NCBI GenBank assembly: GCA_050506795.1
Contig: JBJHCF010000003.1
Span: 32,001-96,000, forward strand
DNA from: Opitutia bacterium
GTDB lineage: Bacteria > Verrucomicrobiota > Verrucomicrobiia > Opitutales > T3Sed10-336
DNA: 64,000 bases
Reading direction: 5' to 3'
A program made the translations under genes and the position numbers. A model generated the notes under the pieces. The model searched no databases. It was not told where the DNA came from and saw only the letters and a list, made by a program, of their open reading frames with translations. The first letter of the stretch is position 1, and every line of letters starts with the position of its first letter. Positions 39,173-51,100 of the stretch are shown piece after piece.

Positions 39173-39722
39173 TGCGGGAGGTTTTCGAAGGAGAGGTTTT
39201 CACGTTGCGCGTGGTGGCGTCCGAGGTGAGCAGGCGCCGAAGTTGTTCCTTTCCACGGGAAAGTCGCGACATTACCGTTCCGGTCGGAATATCGAGCAGC
39301 TCCGCGATTTCCCGGTAAGTCAGGTCTTCGAGGTAAAACAGGCTCAAAGGGACGCGGTAAACCTCTTCGATCTCCGCCAGGAGGTCCATCAGGGCTGAGG
39401 CATCGGCCTGGTCGACCACTTCCGGCGGTACCGTTTCGGCCTCGGCCGTTTCGGTGGTGGTTTCGATTGAATAAACTTTCCGGTTGCGTTTGTTCCATTT
39501 AAGGTACTCGCGATAAAGAGTGGTGAATAACCACGATTTTGCTTTGGACGTATCGCGCAGGGTGTGGCCCTTTTCCGCCCAGCGGCTGAATGTCTGTTGT
39601 GTCAAGTCCCATGCATCCGCTTCCTTGCCGCTCAAGCTGTAGGCGAAGCGGTAGAGGGAAGTATAATACTCATCGACCAGTTTTTCAAAATCGATGGATT
39701 GTTTATGGGTGTGAGCGGTCAT
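39162..39722 (-). CDS. ECF RNA polymerase sigma factor
   Basis: DAWDLTQQTF, KSWLFT, YREIAELLDIPTGTVMSRLSRGK. Confidence 0.93.
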   Translation of the reverse strand: MTAHTHKQSIDFEKLVDEYYTSLYRFAYSLSGKEADAWDLTQQTFSRWAEKGHTLRDTSKAKSWLFTTLYREYLKWNKRNRKVYSIETTTETAEAETVPPEVVDQADASALMDLLAEIEEVYRVPLSLFYLEDLTYREIAELLDIPTGTVMSRLSRGKEQLRRLLTSDATTRNVKTSPSKTSRNER

Positions 39723-39814
39723 CCGAGCGGTTTATTCCAGGCAAATCGAAAATTCTCCGGAAACCCTAGGTTGTTGCCTAAGATTGGCAAAAGCACAAGC
39801 CGAGAGTATCCAGG

Positions 39815-40912
39815 TCAGAGGATAAGCATGGCGTCGCCGTAGCTGTAAAACCGGTATTGTCGCGCCACCGCCTCCCGGTAGATGTCTCGCAGCCATTCGA
39901 TCCCGTCCAGGCGCCCGGGGGCGAGGAAGGCGCTAACCAGACACAGGAGGCTGGACCGGGGCAGGTGGAAATTGGTGATCATCGCGTCGGTGAACGCGAA
40001 TCGGGCCGGCGGGTAAAGAAACAGATCCGCTTCCGCCAGGAAAGGCTTGCGGTCCTCCTTCATCGGAATATCACTTTGTTTGCGTGCGAAATCCTCCAGG
40101 GCTCGGACCGTGGTGGTGCCGACGGCGATGCGCTTGCCGAAGTGCGTGGAGTCCAGGCTGGCCCGGGTTTCCGCAGGAATCTCGTAAATTTCGCGATGAA
40201 TCCGGTGATCGGATACCCGTTCGGTCTTGATTGGCTGAAAGGTTCCCGCTCCGACGTGCAGAGTGACCTCGTGGAAGGAAAATCCCGCCTCCTTTAGACC
40301 GGTGAGCAGTTCCGGAGTGAAATGCAGGCCGGCGGTCGGAGCGGCCGCCGCCACGGGTTTGGATTTGTCCGCATAGACCGTTTCGTAGCGCTCACGGTCC
40401 AGATCTTTTCGGGGATCCTCCTGATCCCGCTGAATGTAGGGGGGCAGGGGGATCTCCCCGACACTCCGGGCCAGGTCGGTTACCGAGTCATCCTGTTGCG
40501 GGAAGAACGCCACCAGGCGCTCGCCGTTTTCCAGCACGCGCACGACCTCTGCCGTGTAGTGCCCTTCGAGACCGAAACGGGAGCCGGGCGGCAGTTTTTT
40601 GCCCGGTTTAACAAAACAGCGCCATTCGTTTGGATCGGCGCCCGGAGAGAGCAACAGACATTCGACGGCGCCCCCGGTGGGGCGAAACCCTCTCAGTCGG
40701 GCCGGCAGAACGCTGGCGTTGTTGCGATAGAACCGGCCATTGGCGGGAAGCAACTCGCCGATCTCGTGAAAATAATGGTGGCTGATGCCGCCGGTGTTGC
40801 GGTCGACGACCAGGAGTTTGGAGCGGTCGCGGCGGGCGGCCGGTTCCTGGGCGATCAGTTCCGGGGGAAGGTGGAAGTCGAAACGGCGGATATCCAGGTG
40901 ATCTTCGCTCAC
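39815..40912 (-). CDS. queA: S-adenosylmethionine:tRNA ribosyltransferase-isomerase
   Basis: FDFHLPPELIAQEP, IPLPPYI, AAPTAGLHFT, TNFHLP, YRFYSYGDAMLI. GTG start overlaps the xerD stop (GTGA). Confidence 0.95.
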   Translation of the reverse strand: MSEDHLDIRRFDFHLPPELIAQEPAARRDRSKLLVVDRNTGGISHHYFHEIGELLPANGRFYRNNASVLPARLRGFRPTGGAVECLLLSPGADPNEWRCFVKPGKKLPPGSRFGLEGHYTAEVVRVLENGERLVAFFPQQDDSVTDLARSVGEIPLPPYIQRDQEDPRKDLDRERYETVYADKSKPVAAAAPTAGLHFTPELLTGLKEAGFSFHEVTLHVGAGTFQPIKTERVSDHRIHREIYEIPAETRASLDSTHFGKRIAVGTTTVRALEDFARKQSDIPMKEDRKPFLAEADLFLYPPARFAFTDAMITNFHLPRSSLLCLVSAFLAPGRLDGIEWLRDIYREAVARQYRFYSYGDAMLIL

Positions 40913-41865
40913 TTCGAGGAACTTTCTGCGGACCGCCCCAGCGCATTGCGGGGGTGAAACTCGCGGTGGCCGGCGAGAATGCGCGCCGAATCCACTGCGG
41001 TGTAGATTTGAGTGGTCCCGATGTCCTGGTGACCGAGGAGTTCCTGGATGGCCCGCAGGTCGGCGCCGCCACTGAGGAGGTGAGTGGCAAAGGAGTGACG
41101 CAGCAGATGCGGTTTGACCGGTTTTTTGATGCCCGCCACCCGGGCGTGGCGGCGAATCAGAACCCAGACGGTTTTGCGGGAAATCGGGGAGCCGCGTTCG
41201 CTCAGGAAGACGCCGGCTCCGGTCCCGGATTTGACAAAAGCGGGCCGGCCGGAGTCGAGATAACGTTCCACGGCTTCGACCGCTTTGCTCCCCACCGGCA
41301 CGACCCGCTCCTTGGAACCCTTGCCGTAAACGCGCAGCCACCCGTTCTCCAAATCCATCTGCTGCAGGGTCAGCGAGCAAAGTTCCGATACCCGCAATCC
41401 ACTGGAGTAAAAAAGCTCCAGAAAAGCCCGGTCGCGCAAGCCGTAGGGTGTGGTCGGATCGGGGGCTTCCAGGAGGGCGTCAACTTCGTCCGGAGTGAGG
41501 GAGCCGGGAAGTTTGCGGGTCAATTTAGGTGACGAAAGCAGTTCGGTCAGGTCGTCCGGACGAACCCTTTCCCGCACCAGGTGCCGGGCAAATACTCGCA
41601 GCGCGGTTAATTTCCTCGCCAGGCTGCTGACCGCGTATCCCTTTTCGTTCAATGAGTAAATCCAGTCGGTCAAGTGGTGCGGGGCCGCCTCCCGCCATCC
41701 GCCGATCCTTTTGGCCTTGAGGAACGTCGCGCATCCGGCCAGATCGTTGCGATAGCTGGAGACCGTGTTTGCAGCCAGTCCTTTCTCCAGTTCCAGGAAG
41801 GCCAGGAAGTTTTCGATCTCTTCGAAGAATTCAGGCGGAATGTTATCCGATAGCGCGGTATCCAC
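40909..41865 (-). CDS. xerD: Site-specific tyrosine recombinase XerD
   Basis: EKGLAANTVSSY..DL, GLRVSEL, GKGSKER, HLLRHSFATH, LGH, TTQIYT. Start approximate. Confidence 0.88.
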   Translation of the reverse strand: MDTALSDNIPPEFFEEIENFLAFLELEKGLAANTVSSYRNDLAGCATFLKAKRIGGWREAAPHHLTDWIYSLNEKGYAVSSLARKLTALRVFARHLVRERVRPDDLTELLSSPKLTRKLPGSLTPDEVDALLEAPDPTTPYGLRDRAFLELFYSSGLRVSELCSLTLQQMDLENGWLRVYGKGSKERVVPVGSKAVEAVERYLDSGRPAFVKSGTGAGVFLSERGSPISRKTVWVLIRRHARVAGIKKPVKPHLLRHSFATHLLSGGADLRAIQELLGHQDIGTTQIYTAVDSARILAGHREFHPRNALGRSAESSSK

Positions 41866-41876
41866 AATGTTGATGC

Positions 41877-43277
41877 TTAGGTTCGCGCGGTTGCGGTCAC
41901 AAGCTTTTCCGCCCGTTCCGCAAGGGAGAATCCGGAACCGATGCAGTCTCCCAGCGACACGCCCTGGCGGACGGTACCGCCGATTAGCAGTCCGGGGTGA
42001 TCGGTTTCGATCTGATCGAACTCCCCCAGCAGGGTGTCGTGATCGAGGGGGTAGTGCGGAATCACGCTTGGCCAGAAGGTATGGCGGAGGGTGCACGGAG
42101 GCCCTTCGACTCCGAGCAATTCGAACAACTCCTTGCGCACCACGTTTTCCAGTTCCACTTCGGGCAGGCGAGCGATGTCCGGTTGCCGGCTCCCGCCCAC
42201 GAACACGGTAAGTGATACATGGTTTTTGGGCGCCCGTCCGGGGAAAAGGGAGGATGAGAAAAGCACCCCCAGGATTTTTCGTTTTTCTTTTTCAGGCACC
42301 AGCATGCCAAAACCGTTCAACGGGTGGCGCACCTGATCCTGGCGGCAGGCGAAAAAAACCACCGCCAGAGGGGGTGCCGGCAGTCGCTTTTCCAGGGAAA
42401 GACGGCTTTCGAAGGATTTGCCGTTCAGCTCGATCCGCTGCAGGGCGCGCGGGGGGAGGGTCAGGACGACGGTGTCGGCGGAAACGGTGTCCGATCGGTC
42501 GCCGGTCTTCACCCGGATCCGCCAATCCTCTCCAGGCCGCGGGTCCAGACCGATGACCCGGGAGTCGGTGCGGATGGCGTTACCCAGGCGTTCCGCGAGC
42601 GCGTCGGGAATCACGCGCAGTCCGTCGGCGAAGGAGAAAATGCCACGCGGTCCTCTGGGTCGATAACGGCGGCCGAATACCCCGGCTCGAATGAGTGACC
42701 CGTGCTCCTGTTCCATGCGGTGCAATCGCGGAAAAGCGTGGCGCAGGGACAGGTCGCCCGGCCGCGCGGCGAAAGTTCCCGCCACGAACGGGTTTACGGC
42801 GTAATCCAGGATCTCGCGTCCGAGGCGACGCTCGACGAATTCGGCCACCGTTTCCCGGGAGTCTCCCGGAGCCTTTCGGATGAACGGTTCGGCCAGCAGG
42901 CGCAGGCGGGCGCGCGGGGAGAAAAACCCGCCGAGGAAAAGGGAGAACGGCGAAAAAGGCAGGGGCCGGGGACGACCGTCCCTCAATATGAAGCGGTTCT
43001 TTGCGGACGTGCCGGCGGCCACCCGCTGGCCGCTCAGGCCCAACGCCTCGATGAGCAGCGCGGTCTCCTCGCGCGTTTCCTGCAAGGTGTTGGGGCCGAG
43101 CTCGGCGAGAAAGCCGTCGATTTCCTCGGTGCGAATGACGCCTCCCGTCTGTGTGTCGGCCTCCAGGAGGGTCACCTCCCGTCCCGCCTCGCGCAACCGC
43201 CAGGCGGCGGTCAGACCGGTGATGCCGCCGCCAACGACCACGACCTTTCCCTTCGATGATTTTATGCCGGTATTCAT
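41877..43277 (-). CDS. hemY: FAD-dependent protoporphyrinogen oxidase (HemY type, often labelled hemG)
   Basis: GGGITGL, ELGPNT, GFGMLVP, FPGRAP, GVSLGDCI. Confidence 0.9.
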   Translation of the reverse strand: MNTGIKSSKGKVVVVGGGITGLTAAWRLREAGREVTLLEADTQTGGVIRTEEIDGFLAELGPNTLQETREETALLIEALGLSGQRVAAGTSAKNRFILRDGRPRPLPFSPFSLFLGGFFSPRARLRLLAEPFIRKAPGDSRETVAEFVERRLGREILDYAVNPFVAGTFAARPGDLSLRHAFPRLHRMEQEHGSLIRAGVFGRRYRPRGPRGIFSFADGLRVIPDALAERLGNAIRTDSRVIGLDPRPGEDWRIRVKTGDRSDTVSADTVVLTLPPRALQRIELNGKSFESRLSLEKRLPAPPLAVVFFACRQDQVRHPLNGFGMLVPEKEKRKILGVLFSSSLFPGRAPKNHVSLTVFVGGSRQPDIARLPEVELENVVRKELFELLGVEGPPCTLRHTFWPSVIPHYPLDHDTLLGEFDQIETDHPGLLIGGTVRQGVSLGDCIGSGFSLAERAEKLVTATART

Positions 43278-43308
43278 GGAAGAATCTTTAACATTTGGGT
43301 TTACCGGT

Positions 43309-45324
<2,016 letters not shown>

Positions 45325-45375
45325 TCGGGCACCCTACGGATTTGCCCGGCGATTGGAAAGACCGGTTTCAGATTC

Positions 45376-47256
45376 CTATTCCACTTCCAGTCGCAGGGCG
45401 TCGTACATGACTCCGGCGTAGGGGAAGTTGTGCGCGATGCCTTCCGGGGGCAGAGAGATGAGTTGCAGGGTGACTGTGTTTTCACCGACCCGGAGTTCGG
45501 AGGCGTCGAAGGGCAGTTCAAAGTGGTAGTAACGGCCGCGAATCGAGCTGCGCGAGGAGCCGCTGTCGTTGGGCATGCGGATTTCTCCCATTGGCGTGCC
45601 GTTGAGCGCGAATTCGACTCCGACCCAGCGCTCCTCGCCGGTGGTCTCCCCGGCGTGCGCGGCGGCGCCGGCTATTGCCACCCGCAGGGTGCCCCGGCCC
45701 TCGAGCGCTTCGTCCAGGTGAAATCGGATTCGCCATTCGGGCAGTCGCCATTCTCCGTGTTCGTCCTGGACCGCGGTGTGCAGGTAATTCCAGTCATAAC
45801 GTTCCTTGTCGCGGCCGATGAGAAAGTCGACGTCGTCGGGGAACTGTTCCGGGTAGCGCAGCCAGAGGCCCCAGTGCCGGTAATCGAAGCCATTGCGAAA
45901 TTCCCGCGCGGTGCGGTCGGGATGACCGATTTGCCACAGGGGCATGCCGTTGAGAGGCGGAGCCCAGGACAGTTCTCCCAGGTCCGTTTCGCGGTCGGCT
46001 TCAACCGTGATTCCGTCATGACGGAACTCGTTGAAAAATCCGTCGGACACCGCCCACAAGGTGTATTCGCCGGGGATGATATTGTGAATGTGAAACGCGC
46101 CGTTGGCGCCCACGCGGGTCCAGAACTGGTAACCGTCCCGGCCCATGGTCTGCCAGTTGGGCTGGCCCTCAGCCGGTGGAGAACTCAGCACCACCAGGGT
46201 GCCCGCCGGAGCGGGGCGACCGTCGATCAATAGGCGTCCGCCCGCTTCGCCGCGGCGGTGCACGAATTCCGGATGTTTGACCCAGGAATAAGGCCACTGG
46301 GCATCGAGTTCCGCCGAGCGGGCATCGGCCTGGGCCTGCATTTCGGCATAGGATGCACCCGTTACCGGGTAAAATGCCCAGGGACCGCCGATCTTGCGCC
46401 AGCCGGCGTCGTCCGGGGTCAGGGTGATCCGTCCGGCGCCGTAGTGTCCGGCCACAAAATGGCGGAGCAGGATGGGAGTCGAAGGGGTCTGATGCACGCT
46501 GAGTTCACGTGCGGAAGGCCCGCCCTGCATGTGCTCGCCGGGATCCTTGAGCACAAAAACCCCGATGTCATCGCCCATCAGGCCGAAGGTCCGCTGTTTA
46601 GACCATTCGTCCATAGTCCAGTCGTATTTGGCGTCCACCGTGCCGTCTGAGATTCGAAAGGTGGCGTCCATCACGACCTCCCCGTCGCGCAGTTCGTGGG
46701 GAGGAGGGAGATAGCCCTGTTTGGCCGGCCCGATCGAGGCGAATCGGAAGATCTCCGGATCCAGACGAAGACCGGTATTGATCTGCTCCAGGACGGCGCC
46801 GTCGCCCTCTCCGCCGTACTCGACGACGAAATAATTGTAGATCGCCGGATCCTCCGCCCGCACCAGCCAGTGGTGGTGAATCAAAATGCCGTTGCTGATT
46901 TCGCGCACGAAGGCGACGTCCACCAGATCATCGGATCGCTGGTGTATGACGCGCTCCACCGGACGAACCATGGCGCTTCCGCCGGGCAGGTGCCGGTTGA
47001 CGTAGACCTGGATAAATCCGACCCCGCCGTTGTCCAGCATCTCCCGGTCTTCGAAGGTCCAGGACACCAGGCGGTGACGTTCAAAATCGAAAACCGCTTC
47101 GATGCGGTCGTTGGCGATCACCCAGCGATCCTCCAGTTCCGTCAGGGTGACCGTATCGGCGGAGGCGTTTGCGCCGAACGAAAGCAGAAGCAACCGGGCG
47201 AGAGCGGCGTAGCCGAAGCTGAACGCCTGCCTTTGAGTGGTGTGGAATACGTTCAT
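45376..47256 (-). CDS. Exported polysaccharide lyase family 4 (rhamnogalacturonan lyase-like)
   Basis: Signal peptide, YQFWT...G.F.I.NI.PGEYTLWA, LWQIG.PDRTAREF, DWNY, C-terminal VMYDALRLE. Confidence 0.8.
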   Translation of the reverse strand: MNVFHTTQRQAFSFGYAALARLLLLSFGANASADTVTLTELEDRWVIANDRIEAVFDFERHRLVSWTFEDREMLDNGGVGFIQVYVNRHLPGGSAMVRPVERVIHQRSDDLVDVAFVREISNGILIHHHWLVRAEDPAIYNYFVVEYGGEGDGAVLEQINTGLRLDPEIFRFASIGPAKQGYLPPPHELRDGEVVMDATFRISDGTVDAKYDWTMDEWSKQRTFGLMGDDIGVFVLKDPGEHMQGGPSARELSVHQTPSTPILLRHFVAGHYGAGRITLTPDDAGWRKIGGPWAFYPVTGASYAEMQAQADARSAELDAQWPYSWVKHPEFVHRRGEAGGRLLIDGRPAPAGTLVVLSSPPAEGQPNWQTMGRDGYQFWTRVGANGAFHIHNIIPGEYTLWAVSDGFFNEFRHDGITVEADRETDLGELSWAPPLNGMPLWQIGHPDRTAREFRNGFDYRHWGLWLRYPEQFPDDVDFLIGRDKERYDWNYLHTAVQDEHGEWRLPEWRIRFHLDEALEGRGTLRVAIAGAAAHAGETTGEERWVGVEFALNGTPMGEIRMPNDSGSSRSSIRGRYYHFELPFDASELRVGENTVTLQLISLPPEGIAHNFPYAGVMYDALRLEVE

Positions 47257-47501
47257 TGTAGCGTGGACGGCAGATTTGCCTCAACGTACGGACCGACCCG
47301 AATCCCGGGCAAACGAAATCCCGGCAGGAAGGAACGAAATGTTCCGCAAATCTTTGCAGTACGCGCTGGCACCCCGTATCGCGAACAACGGGATCGCAAG
47401 GGGCCGGTCCTGTCAAAGCCGGTGGCACGGGCAGCAACATCCCGAAGAAGATTGCGCCGACGTCATCGGACGTCGGATATCCTGATCCCGGATGGGTCCG
47501 G

Positions 47502-47576
47502 TCAGGCGCCCCACATCATTTGGCAAACAATGGCCAGCACCACAAACAGAAAGAAAATGCGAAGTTCACCTCTCAT
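47502..47576 (-). CDS. Candidate 24-aa single-TM small protein
   Basis: Hand translation MRGELRIFFLFVVLAIVCQMMWGA*; 8-bp hairpin at 47457-47476 downstream. Confidence 0.35.
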   Translation of the reverse strand: MRGELRIFFLFVVLAIVCQMMWGA

Positions 47577-48159
47577 GGTCTCGGGATCATACCCCGGTCT
47601 CTCAACTTTGCCCATCAGGGTAACCCCAGGCGTCGTTAAGTAAATGGTTGGGGTCCCTGCGTAATGGAAGCCCCGATGGATCTGGCGAAATTTGAGTCCG
47701 TGAGATCCATCGGGTAAAACGACGGATATCGAGAGTGCGGTGAAATCCTGGAATCCTATCCCGATGGATATAGGCGGTTTATATCGGCGAGGTAGAAACC
47801 TATGCGGGGAAATTTACAATGTTTGACATTAACTGGTTTGGATGCAGAAAAACACATAAAATTGTCGTAAAAATACAAGATTTGGTTATAGATTTTGTGT
47901 ATCTTTACCTAAGATATAAAAAATCCCATGTCTCCCATTCCCAATCTGTGGATTTTGGCTGTTTCCGAAACTGACGACCAACTGAAGTCGTCCCCTTTGT
48001 TACACTTTTTAGTCTCTTAATCAGTGTGCCTTGTTGCGTGGTATTCCGCCGTTTCGGCTGCGGGATGCCTTGCGATAGTGAATCCTGATTTCCCGATCTC
48101 TGATGTCCAACTCAGCATCGAAACACAACACCAACAAAAACCTACTACCTGTACCTGAT

Positions 48160-51100
48160 ATGACACCAAAGCTAAGATCGCTTAAAAAAGGTGTGTTGGC
48201 CGGGCTGGTCGCGGCGGTATTTATTCCCGCCGTGTCCCTCTCCGCCAACACCGTTGCCCATTACCGATTTGAAGAGGGCAGTGCCGGCGCCGCGGCGACG
48301 GGCGCCGTGGATTCGTCTGGAAACGGCTACAACCTCGGCGTCCTCGTAGCCGGCGAGAATTCGCCGGTGTACAGCTCCGATGTGCCGGAATCGCCGCTTC
48401 CCCGAACGGGACAGGCCAACACCCTATCGGCGGATGTCTCCACCGGAAACGTGGCCTTCCAGGGAGTCGACGGTGAGGGCCTCAGCAACGTGGTCTTCGA
48501 CGATTTCACCATCGAACTCTACGTCAAGTTCAACGCCGTCGGCGGTTGGCAGACCATCATCGGCCGTGACGACCGGAACAATCAGACCAACGACAACCAC
48601 GCGATATTCTATCTGCAAAGGAGAGATGACTCCGGGAATTTCGGTGTGTCCTGGGTGGACCGCAATGGTGCGGTGGTGGCGCCGGGTCTCCAAGGCGTTA
48701 ACGTTCAACCGAATACCTGGTACCACGTCGCGGTTGTCGCGGATCTCGCGGGCGAAACAATTGCGCTCTATATCGACGGCATTGAAGTGGACCGCAACAA
48801 CAACTTTGCCGGCCTTTTCACTCCCACCGGCGTCAACCCGCACTGGAATATCGGGCGCGGGCAATGGGCAGGCAATCCGGGTGACTGGGTCAACGGGCTG
48901 ATCGACGAAGTGCGATTCAGCAGCGTGGCTTTGTCGCCTTCGGACTTCCTGAATTTCGCCGGTGACCGGATCGAGATTGTCCAGGAGCCATCGGATGTGA
49001 TCGCCTGGGCGGGACAAAATGTCAGCTTCAGCGTGAACGCCCTTTTGATCGGTGACGGCGAGCTCAGTTACCAGTGGCAAGTCTCCAGTGACGATGGAAA
49101 TACATTCGAGCCCGTCGCTGGCGGAACGGCCGCCACCCTGACCTTGAACTCTGTTTCGGCCGCCCTGGATCGCAACCTGTACCGAGTTGAGGTCTCATCC
49201 AGTGAAATTAGTGAGTTCGCCGGACCTGCGCTTCTGCGGGTAGGAGATGCCACGCCGCCGTCGCAGCCTGCGGGGGTGGTGGCGTACTACCGGTTCGAGG
49301 AAGGCGCCAATGGGGCGGTGGCCACCGGGGCACAGGATTCTTCCGGTAATAATCATCATATGACGTCAGTGAACGGCAGCCCGACCTTTACCTCGGACGG
49401 AGCGGTTTCGCCGCTGCCGCAAACGAGGGCGACCAACAATCTGGCCATGGACTTCCGAGGTGGGAACTTCGCGGTGCAGGGTACCGATGGGGACTCTCTG
49501 AGCCAGGTCGTGTTTGACGATTTCACCATCGAAGTATTCGTCAACTTCGCGGCCGTAGGCGGTTGGCAGACCATGGTGGGCCGTGATGACCGCGGCCGGC
49601 AGTGGGATAACAACCAATCGTTGCTGTATTTCTCGAACAGCGGTGGTGGCACTTCGCAGCCTGACGGCACCCCAAGCCCGGCGAACACCTTCCGCATAGA
49701 AGTGTTCACCAACCAGAACCAGATGATCGCGGCGAACAGTGGATTCGTGATTCAGCCGAACACCTGGTATCACGTGGCGGCGATCGGTGATTCCCAGGCC
49801 GGAACCTTGTCCCTGTATGTGGATGGAGCCCTGGTGAGCCAACAAACCGGATTCACCGGACTCTTCCAACCCAACCCGGCCACCCGCTGGAGCATTGGTC
49901 GCGGTCAGTGGGGTGGGAACGACGCGGTCGGTGCTGCCGACACGGATTATGTAAACGGTCGCATCGACGAGGTCCGTTTCAGCAATGTCGCGCTTGCGCC
50001 GACCGAGTTGCTCGGATTCCATACGGCGGTCATCAATTATGCGGTGCAACCGCAGGATGTCACCGCGGCGGTGGGTGACGATGTCACCTTCACCGCGCTG
50101 GCCGGCGGCGGCGGCACCGGTCCATTGACCTACCAGTGGCAAGTCTTGCCCAATGGAGCCTCTAACTGGGAAAATGTTTCCGGGGCCACCGATGCCAGCC
50201 TGACGCTCACTTCGGTGCAAATGGCCGATCACCTTAGTCAGTACCGGGTTGTCGCCTCCCGCGACGGCAATAGCGAGCCCAGTAATGCGGCGCTCCTGAG
50301 TGTTCCCGACTATCCGCCGCCCAATGTGGTGCAAGGGATTAACCCGGCGCCGCTCCTGTTTGCCGGCGACCCGCTTGTCTACTCGGTCGAAGTGACCGGT
50401 TTGGGAAATATCACTTACCAGTGGCAACGGGATGGAGTGGATATCGAGGGCGCCACGTCCAACAGCCTGGATCTTGGGGTTCTCTCGATCGAGGATTCCG
50501 GGATCTATTCGGTGATTATTACGGACGATGCCGCCGCCGGCGAGGGTCTCGATCCGACCACAGTGACGCTGACCTCGCGCCTAATGGTGCTTACCCACTC
50601 CAAGGGAGCCATCAGCCTCAATTTCGTGGGCGCGGCCACGGATACGACCTGGAATGTGGATATCGGCCCGCTAAACCCGAATCATGTGGCCGGGGTGGTT
50701 CCGGTGGCCAACTGGAACAATTCCTCGACGGTTCATGGGGTGGCCAATCAGACCACACCGTTTCCGCTGGTGAATGATGTCGGCGACAGCACCACGGCCA
50801 CCGCGACCTGGGCTTCCGGCAACACTTGGGCATCCCGCGTTAATGCGGGGGGAGTGCTCGCCGCCAAGGATCCGAATCAGCGGATTTTCCACGGCTATAT
50901 CGAAGGCCGTGGTGGTTCTTCGGTCACAGTCCAGAACATTCCGTACGCCACCTACGACGTCTACGTCTACCCGATGGGGGTGGAAGGCCCGGTGGACGGG
51001 GGCTTCGTGCGCAGCGTGACGCTCCAGGGCGGCAACGGTGATCAGCAACTGTTCGGGCGGAATCTTTCGGGGAATCCCACCCTGGCGGAGATACCGTTCG

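Noticed and set aside
40913..41380. N-terminal extensions given by the ORF track for queA (also xerD to 42096, 16280-16549 and 59746-59886)
   Set aside because: They overlap neighbouring genes or promoter regions and precede the recognisable family N-termini.
40909..41865. Tyrosine recombinase as the integrase of a mobile element
   Set aside because: XerD-like sequence embedded in a housekeeping run (hemY, queA), with no att repeats or cargo.
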